From: an uncultured Robiginitalea sp.
GTDB taxonomy: Bacteria; Bacteroidota; Bacteroidia; Flavobacteriales; Flavobacteriaceae
Length of the DNA stretch: 35,015 bases
Assembly (NCBI GenBank): GCA_964624565.1
Contig: CAZUZE010000002.1
Span: forward strand, 1-35,015
Direction of reading: 5' to 3'
The notes under the pieces: model-generated
Told to the model about the DNA's origin: nothing
Databases searched by the model: none
The model's input: the letters and a program-made list of their open reading frames with translations, nothing else
Translations under genes and position numbers: made by a program
Part shown: one piece after another, positions 28,959 to 35,015 of the stretch
Layout: each line of letters opens with the position of its first letter
Numbering within the stretch: the stretch's first letter is position 1

Positions 28959-29118
28959 CCGGCGAAGATACGCGGAGTCCCTGCAATTTAAAAGGATTCA
29001 AAAAGCCCCTGGGGGCGGGTGGGGGGTCCGGGATTCAAAAGCGATGCGATCTTTTGACGCGGGCCTCGGCATTCGGCCTTTTTATTGTAAATTTAAGATG
29101 TTAAACCAATCTGTGATT

Positions 29119-29916
29119 ATGAAAAACTTTCTCGTCCCTGTAGGGAATTCCAAGGACTCCTATGAAACCCTCCAATACGCGGTTGAATTCGCAGCCCGGT
29201 TCAATGCAGTGGTCTATGTCATGGAGGTTTTAAACGTGAGCAGCAGGGCCGGGGACCTGGCGAATGTAACCGATAAATTTGTCGCCAGCAGCCGGGAGCG
29301 AATCCGCGCACTGATCGACCAGATCGATCCGGGATCCGTAACGCTCAAGGCAGCGACCTATTCCGGGGACCTCACCGATGGGTTGCGGGAGATCGACGCC
29401 GAACTCGGCATCGACCTGATCATCATCGCTTCCAGGAGCGTGGATGTGGACGAAGAATATTATCTGGGAAGTACAACGGGGAGTATTATAAAGCGCACGG
29501 ACATCCCCACGCTTATCGTGCCTAAGGGTGCAAAATTCACCCCCTATAAGCACATTCTAACAGCTTTTAAATCAGGGGTCCTCAAGCGCAAGCGCATCCT
29601 CAACCCGCTGATTGACATCAAGAAGGAGTTCGGCTCCAGGATCAGCCTGTTGCTGGTCAAAACGCCCGGGTACACGGATGAGGATCTGAAGATCAATACC
29701 GCCCTGATGGACATCAGTTCTGAAGTAGTGCTGACCGAACACGCCAAAACCTACCTGGGCGTCCTGGAGCAGTTGAAAACCCAACAGCCTGACCTGCTTT
29801 GTGTATTCAGGAGGAAGCGCGGTTTTTTCTCAGCCCTTTGGGAAAAAAATTACATCCTGAAATCCGAGTTCTCCGTACGCATCCCGGTACTGGTGCTCAG
29901 TGTGAAAAAGGATTAG
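29119..29916 (+). CDS. Universal stress protein (tandem USP-type)
   Basis: MKNFLVPV, DLIIIAS and LGSTTGSIIKRTDIPTLIVP, plus a second degenerate domain ending IPVLVL. Start at 29119. Confidence 0.88.
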   Translation: MKNFLVPVGNSKDSYETLQYAVEFAARFNAVVYVMEVLNVSSRAGDLANVTDKFVASSRERIRALIDQIDPGSVTLKAATYSGDLTDGLREIDAELGIDLIIIASRSVDVDEEYYLGSTTGSIIKRTDIPTLIVPKGAKFTPYKHILTAFKSGVLKRKRILNPLIDIKKEFGSRISLLLVKTPGYTDEDLKINTALMDISSEVVLTEHAKTYLGVLEQLKTQQPDLLCVFRRKRGFFSALWEKNYILKSEFSVRIPVLVLSVKKD

Positions 29917-29940
29917 GGATACGGTATCTGCAGTCGGCCT

Positions 29941-30693
29941 TTACAGGTTTATCGCGGCGGCGAGCAACAGTAAACGGGTGATGCCGGGGGTTTCCCGTGA
30001 GAAGGCAATGGTGCTCACCCTTCTGTTTACGCGGGCCAGGACTACCCCTTTCTCTACAAAGGCATAATAGGTGGTATCCGTTCGGGGATCTTCAACATCG
30101 GCACCTTCAATGCCTGCAGGCCCTTCGATCAGGATAACACGCACCCCGTTGCTGAGATAGGCGTCGAGTTCTTCCCAAATAACCCCTGATGACTGGGTGC
30201 GCTTTACTTTGAGCTCCCATACCTGATCCGGGTTTTCACTGTCATGGATCTCCGCAGAAAGGATTTCCAGGTCGGAGGGATCGGCAGAATAGGTCTCTTC
30301 CTCTATCCCCAGATTGAGGATATCGGAGAGCACCCCGTTGCTTTGCATCCAGGCCCCGGAGGTTCTGGCCCAGGTTCCCTTAACCGTGAATTTCCTGGAG
30401 AGGCTGTCCTCAAGTTCGGCTTTGAAAGGCTCTTTTGTCATAAGTTCCACGTGGTCGCCTACCTGTACTTTGTTGGAAGACGAGGAGATCCCCGTCTTCA
30501 GCACACAGGAGGCATAGGCACCGATCCTGATCTTGTGCTTCCCGAACCAAACTGTCCTTGGCCATTGTATAGTGAGGGAGTCCGCGCCCAACTCCGATCC
30601 GGGAGCGGCAATGGAAGTGTACTGGGCGCCGAGGGGCGCCAAAGCCATGCAAGCCATGGCCAGACATAGAGCGCGATGTGAGATGGCAGGCAC
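29941..30693 (-). CDS. Hypothetical secreted protein (250 aa)
   Basis: Fills the intergenic space, has a signal-peptide-like N-terminus (…LAPLGA/QY), and a TATCTTTA promoter-like box upstream on the minus strand. Confidence 0.65.
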   Translation of the reverse strand: MPAISHRALCLAMACMALAPLGAQYTSIAAPGSELGADSLTIQWPRTVWFGKHKIRIGAYASCVLKTGISSSSNKVQVGDHVELMTKEPFKAELEDSLSRKFTVKGTWARTSGAWMQSNGVLSDILNLGIEEETYSADPSDLEILSAEIHDSENPDQVWELKVKRTQSSGVIWEELDAYLSNGVRVILIEGPAGIEGADVEDPRTDTTYYAFVEKGVVLARVNRRVSTIAFSRETPGITRLLLLAAAINL

Positions 30694-31079
30694 TTTATTA
30701 TCTTAGGGGTCCCCGACCCAGGCGGACCTGTATTAAAGATACGTATAATTCCCTTCTGGCGCCCGGGATGGAACCTGTATTTTCAGGCAGTAGGGCGGGG
30801 CCATCCGCCACCGCCATAACCCTGCGGGTGGTCCGGGAACAACACTTCAGCCCGGAACGGAAAAGGAAGCAGCGACCCATCCTATGGGGCTGTAAGACCC
30901 CTAAAGGGGGCTTGCAGCACCAGGGAGTCGCCCCGGGGAAGCTGTTTTAGCGAGGAGCCAGGCGGTGCGGTGGCTTTATGAGTAAAATACTGGAACCGGA
31001 GTAGCTGCGCTGCTCCGGATCATCTCCAGTCATGCAAATGTAATTTTCATTACATAGCAATGCCTGACGGCATTGACGC

Positions 31080-31130
31080 TCAGAAAAGAAAAAGCCGCTC
31101 GAATAAACTCGGCGGCTTTTCTATTTCTGA
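31080..31130. terminator. Long hairpin, probable terminator of the tRNA-Ala transcript (possibly bidirectional)
   Basis: TCAGAAAAGAAAAAGCCGC...GCGGCTTTTCTATTTCTGA, with A and T runs on either side. Confidence 0.65.
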
Positions 31131-31157
31131 ATCGCGTAATGAAAATTACGAGTGATC

Positions 31158-31232
<75 letters not shown>

Positions 31233-31361
31233 GACTGAGAAGGCAAAAGAAAAACATTTTGCGGAGTATTCAAAATACTGGCCTCATTTTCTGATTGTCG
31301 ATGGGCGTATTGGCATTTTCGGGCTATTTTAGAGGGAGCAAGTAATCAAAAAGTTGAGAAG

Positions 31362-32072
31362 ATGGACAAAATAGCAGGTAAAGTTGCCTATATAACGGGT
31401 GGTTCCAAAGGAATAGGCCTGGGGATCGCCAGGGAGCTGGTCAAAAATGGAATGCGGGTTGCCCTGAGCGGGAGGGGGGCGGAGGACCTCGAAAAGGCTG
31501 TGGAGGAACTTGGATCCCAAAACGCCATGGGAATTGTCTCGGACGTTACCCGGATGGAGGATGAAAAGGCTGCGGTCGCCAGGGTCATCGATCGCTGGGG
31601 CCAGCTCGACGTGGTGGTGGCCAATGCCGGTGTAGGCCATTTTGCCCCTATCGATACACTCGGTTCAGATGCCTGGCACCAGATGATCAACACGAACCTC
31701 AGCGGGGCCTATCACACCCTTATGGCCGCCATGGACGCCCTAAAGGCTTCCAGGGGCTATTATATCACGATCGCCAGCCTTGCCGGCACCAACTTTTTCC
31801 CCCAGGGGGCGGGATATAACGCGACCAAATTCGGGCTGGTGGGCTTTACCCAGGCGGTAATGCTGGACCTGAGGCCCTATGGGATCAAGGTTTCCACCAT
31901 AATGCCGGGATCGGTTGCCACTTATTTCAACGATCACATCCCTTCGGAAAAGGACGCCTGGAAAATTCAGCCTGAGGATATCGGGATGCTGGTACGGGAC
32001 CTGCTGCAGATGCATCCCAGGACGTTGCCCAGCAAGATTGAAGTACGCCCTACACGGCCGGATTTAAAGTAG
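31362..32072 (+). CDS. Short-chain dehydrogenase/reductase
   Basis: TGGSKGIG, NAG, catalytic YNATK and IMPG. Confidence 0.93.
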   Translation: MDKIAGKVAYITGGSKGIGLGIARELVKNGMRVALSGRGAEDLEKAVEELGSQNAMGIVSDVTRMEDEKAAVARVIDRWGQLDVVVANAGVGHFAPIDTLGSDAWHQMINTNLSGAYHTLMAAMDALKASRGYYITIASLAGTNFFPQGAGYNATKFGLVGFTQAVMLDLRPYGIKVSTIMPGSVATYFNDHIPSEKDAWKIQPEDIGMLVRDLLQMHPRTLPSKIEVRPTRPDLK

Positions 32073-34823
32073 TTCGGGGGCTGCTGCCGGAATGATGGGT
32101 ATTTCAGGGTTAAAGATCTCCGAGATCAGGGAGGTCAGCACCTGGTGGAATTCCCCGAGGACGTCCGCCGTAATGATTTCATCCTGTCGGTTGCCGGCGG
32201 TTTTAAGACCAAACCACTGTATCCCGGCCTGGATGTTTTTGAAGGAAAACACCCCTGCCCGGAAATGGGTATCCGTTCCAGTTAGCCCCCCTTCTTTTAG
32301 CCAGGCATAACAGAGTACCTGGAAGGCTTTTGCCTTTTTGGGATCGGAGGAAAGGGTGTCCCAGTCGCTGATCCTCAAATTCGAAGGCTCTACCCGGCCT
32401 GTTTTGTAATCGATGATGTGCAATTCCCCGTCCACGGTTTCGATGCGGTCAACGGTGCCTTTGATACGCACGGGTCCGGTGCAGCCGGGAATACCTGTCA
32501 GTACCCGGTCCAGTTTTTCTTCAACGCCGAGGATGCGTACCTCATGGGCCTGGACCCGGCCCTTTTCGAATTCCAGAAAAAGGTCGATGTACCGCTCCAT
32601 CACTTTGAGGGCGATCAGGTTTTTCCCCCTGGCAATACCCCCCTTGAGGTAGTTCTTCTCAAAGGCCCGCAACAAAATCCCCGGGCCTATTTTTTTCATT
32701 TCATCCAGGTGGTCGGGGGTTACTATTTCACCGACGCAGGGGAGATAGAGGGTTTCAAGGGTTTCATGAATGACGTTTCCGAAGGTGTTTGCAGCGATGG
32801 TTTCTTCCAGGGCAACCGGGTCTTCAATGCCCAGGACCGTCTTGCGATAGAATTCCAGCGGATCTTCTATATAGCGGCTCAGGGAGGTGGGCGAAAAACC
32901 GCTTGTGCCCTTGAGTGTGAGTTGTTCCAGCAGCCCCGCGCTTTTGGGGATGGTCCTGGAAAGCACGGGGGCAATACCTGATTCGGGCGCCGCGAGGGCG
33001 TCCCTTAGCCCCCTGAACTGGTCAGGGTCGTTTCTCAGTTGCTGAATGAAACGGCTGGGTTCTCCCCCGGCAAGGACATCGGGCTCTGTGTTATAGCAGA
33101 TATAGATGTTTTTGGCCCGGTGCAGGAGCCGGTAGAAGTGGTACGCATATACAGCATCTTTTTCCTTGAAGGTGGGCAATCCAAATTCCCTTTTGACCTC
33201 ATAGGGGATAAAGGAACTGTTGGATTTTCCGGCCGGAAGGATGCCTTCGTTCACGGAAGTGATTACCACTGTCTCGAAATCGAGGCAGCGGCTCTCGAGC
33301 ATCCCCATTATCTGCAGGCCCTCCAGGGGTTCCCCTTCAAAATCGAGGGTGTCCTCTTCCAGCAACTGTTCGTACAGCATGTATAGCGTCCGGGTATCCG
33401 ACAGGAAGGGATAGGCCTGGTTCAGGTCGGCCAGCTGGTTGAAGAGCAGGTGGAAATGCCGCAGGAATTCCAAAGGCACAGGGTCATCGGACTGGCGGAA
33501 AACCTCCAGGAGTTCCTCCAGCAACCATGTAAGACGGGTTAGGACCTCCCCCGGCCCGGGAGGGGGTTCCGGTGAGAGCAGGTTTACGAGCTGGCCTGAA
33601 AAGCCGTAGCGGGCAAAGTCCTCTTCCTTCAGGTAAACAGCGTTTTCCCTGATGATCCGTTCGGCGGTCTGTGCGCCGTCCATCCCCTGGCGGGAGAGCC
33701 AGTCCTGCAGGTAGGGATGGGAGAGGAGGGTGAGGATCTTTTTTGCCGGGATCCCCCGGTGTGAATTCCCCTCAAACAATTGGAACAGGATGCCGAAAAG
33801 ATGCGCGGGGACGCTGTCTTTCAGGGGATACCCCATCGTGATATTAACGCCCTGGAGTTTTTCCGGCAGGCTGTGGAGGATGGGGTTGAGCAGGCTTTCA
33901 TCCCCCAGGATCAGGGCGGCATTTCCGAGGGAATTTGCATCTGCCTTTAGGAGTTCCCAGACAATGCCCCCTGCGTACTTGGCCTGGGCTATGGACTTTG
34001 GAAGCCCGGTGATCCGGATGTTTTTGGGGGAATCCAGGTACCTGCCGACACCTCTTAGGCTCTTGTTTTGAATGGGTTTCCATGATTCGAAGTACTTCCG
34101 CAGAAAAAACCCGGCATCGTGAAGGGGGTTTTCCAGATAGTACCGGTCGGCATCCCAGAAGATATCGGCTCGCCCGGTTTCCAGGATTTCACGGATAATG
34201 GTCTCCTCAGCCGTATTCAGCGCATTGAATCCCGCAAAAACAAAGTGGGTGGAGGCCTGGGATTTCAGGTAGTCCCCCAGGACTTCGACCGCTTTCCGGT
34301 AGACCTGCCCCTGGTATCCAAGGCCCTCCTGCTCCAGTCCCTCACGGAAGCGGTTGTAAATCGGATGCAGTGATTTCCAGAAACGCACCTGTTTCTCGAT
34401 CAGGGGGGTAGACTGGCCGTCAGGGGTCCAGTGCCTGATTTCCTGCAGGGACCCGAGGTACGAAAAGAACCGGTCCGCATCTACCAGGTACCTGTCGATT
34501 TCATTAAAGTCCTGGAGCAGCATACGGCCCCAGCGGCTGAAGTCATAAAAGGATTCCTTTTCAAGCTCTTCTTCATCGAGATACGCCTCATAGAGGCCGA
34601 ACAGCAACCGGCTGGAGGCAGCATAGCGAAGGCCGGAGATTTCCTCTACAAAGGCTTCTATACTGAGGATGCGGGGCGCAAAGAGCGTCTTCTCTGTTTG
34701 GGATGACATAAGGTTCCTCAGGAAGAACCCCGCCCGCTTGCTCGGGAGCACAAAGGTGCATTCCGAAGGGTGGGTGCGCCACCCGTCGAAACCATCCAGG
34801 ACCGATTGGAGAAAACTGCTCAT
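32064..34823 (-). CDS. PD-(D/E)XK nuclease family protein, AddB/RexB-like (inactive SF1 helicase N-terminus)
   Basis: FVLPSKRAG, GLQIMGMLESRCLDF, SFIP, PSRFI and FSPTSL, then RecB-type nuclease motifs GTVDRIE, IIDYKTG and QVLCY. Confidence 0.88.
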   Translation of the reverse strand: MSSFLQSVLDGFDGWRTHPSECTFVLPSKRAGFFLRNLMSSQTEKTLFAPRILSIEAFVEEISGLRYAASSRLLFGLYEAYLDEEELEKESFYDFSRWGRMLLQDFNEIDRYLVDADRFFSYLGSLQEIRHWTPDGQSTPLIEKQVRFWKSLHPIYNRFREGLEQEGLGYQGQVYRKAVEVLGDYLKSQASTHFVFAGFNALNTAEETIIREILETGRADIFWDADRYYLENPLHDAGFFLRKYFESWKPIQNKSLRGVGRYLDSPKNIRITGLPKSIAQAKYAGGIVWELLKADANSLGNAALILGDESLLNPILHSLPEKLQGVNITMGYPLKDSVPAHLFGILFQLFEGNSHRGIPAKKILTLLSHPYLQDWLSRQGMDGAQTAERIIRENAVYLKEEDFARYGFSGQLVNLLSPEPPPGPGEVLTRLTWLLEELLEVFRQSDDPVPLEFLRHFHLLFNQLADLNQAYPFLSDTRTLYMLYEQLLEEDTLDFEGEPLEGLQIMGMLESRCLDFETVVITSVNEGILPAGKSNSSFIPYEVKREFGLPTFKEKDAVYAYHFYRLLHRAKNIYICYNTEPDVLAGGEPSRFIQQLRNDPDQFRGLRDALAAPESGIAPVLSRTIPKSAGLLEQLTLKGTSGFSPTSLSRYIEDPLEFYRKTVLGIEDPVALEETIAANTFGNVIHETLETLYLPCVGEIVTPDHLDEMKKIGPGILLRAFEKNYLKGGIARGKNLIALKVMERYIDLFLEFEKGRVQAHEVRILGVEEKLDRVLTGIPGCTGPVRIKGTVDRIETVDGELHIIDYKTGRVEPSNLRISDWDTLSSDPKKAKAFQVLCYAWLKEGGLTGTDTHFRAGVFSFKNIQAGIQWFGLKTAGNRQDEIITADVLGEFHQVLTSLISEIFNPEIPIIPAAAPELL

Positions 34824-34833
34824 GGTTAAAAAT

Positions 34834-34865
34834 AAAAAAGCCCCGGCAGTTTCGCCAGGGCTTTT
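34834..34865 (-). terminator. Rho-independent terminator after the OmpA-family gene
   Basis: Minus strand AAAAGCCCTGGC-GAAACT-GCCGGGGCTTTTTT. Confidence 0.8.
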
Positions 34866-34886
34866 GCTATCTAAGAGATTATGGTC

Positions 34887-35015
34887 TTAGTTTGGAGTCT
34901 CCCCGTGGATTTCAACCCTACGGTTCGTCCTTCTTCCTTCTGATGTATTGTTATCAGCGATCGGACGCTCCTCACCGTATCCTACAGCAGTCATCCTTTC
35001 TGATGGGATGCCTTT
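34887..35015 (-). CDS. OmpA-family peptidoglycan-binding protein, C-terminal end (partial)
   Basis: Minus-strand translation [42 protein letters not shown], with the GYGE and NRRVE motifs. Not in the ORF track. Confidence 0.92.
   Translation of the reverse strand, partial: KGIPSERMTAVGYGEERPIADNNTSEGRRTNRRVEIHGETPN

Noticed and set aside
28741-29118. N-terminal extension of the USP ORF
   Set aside because: Overlaps MATE on the opposite strand and the promoter region; the USP fold begins at 29119.
30678-30950. 90-aa ORF between the hypothetical gene and the tRNA element
   Set aside because: No motif, overlaps the neighbouring start and promoter, and cannot be supported.

Overview
GC-rich chromosomal window, most likely from a Flavobacteriaceae (Bacteroidota) genome. 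The evidence is TAnnTTTG -7 promoter boxes, no Shine-Dalgarno motifs, and the gene order yceD-rpmF-fabH-accB-accC without plsX. It is mostly housekeeping: a partial sodium:solute symporter, a NagX/HGSNAT-like protein, riboflavin synthase, pdxA, the fatty-acid cluster, an FAD oxidoreductase, a GntP permease, an orphan ABC ATPase, prolyl oligopeptidase, asd, mscL, alr, tdk, rsmI, an AhpD/CMD and OsmC pair, recJ, lpxH, queD, an ABC exporter, two outer-membrane beta-barrels, enoyl-CoA hydratase, MATE, USP, tRNA-Ala(GGC), an SDR, an AddB-like nuclease and a partial OmpA protein. I see no transposase, integrase, prophage, CRISPR array or defence system. The main items the gene list does not explain are: (1) an in-frame TAG interrupting the probable N-terminus of the hypothetical gene next to tdk; (2) a composite repeat (two 89-bp direct repeats plus an inverted ACTGCCN array) between the Omp85 and enoyl-CoA hydratase genes; (3) a densely structured ~170-nt element with a 14-bp inverted repeat just downstream of tRNA-Ala; (4) a small beta-barrel coupled to a POTRA-less Omp85 gene next to an ABC exporter; (5) a G-quadruplex motif bracketed by direct repeats between MATE and USP. 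None of these amounts to a demonstrated new system.
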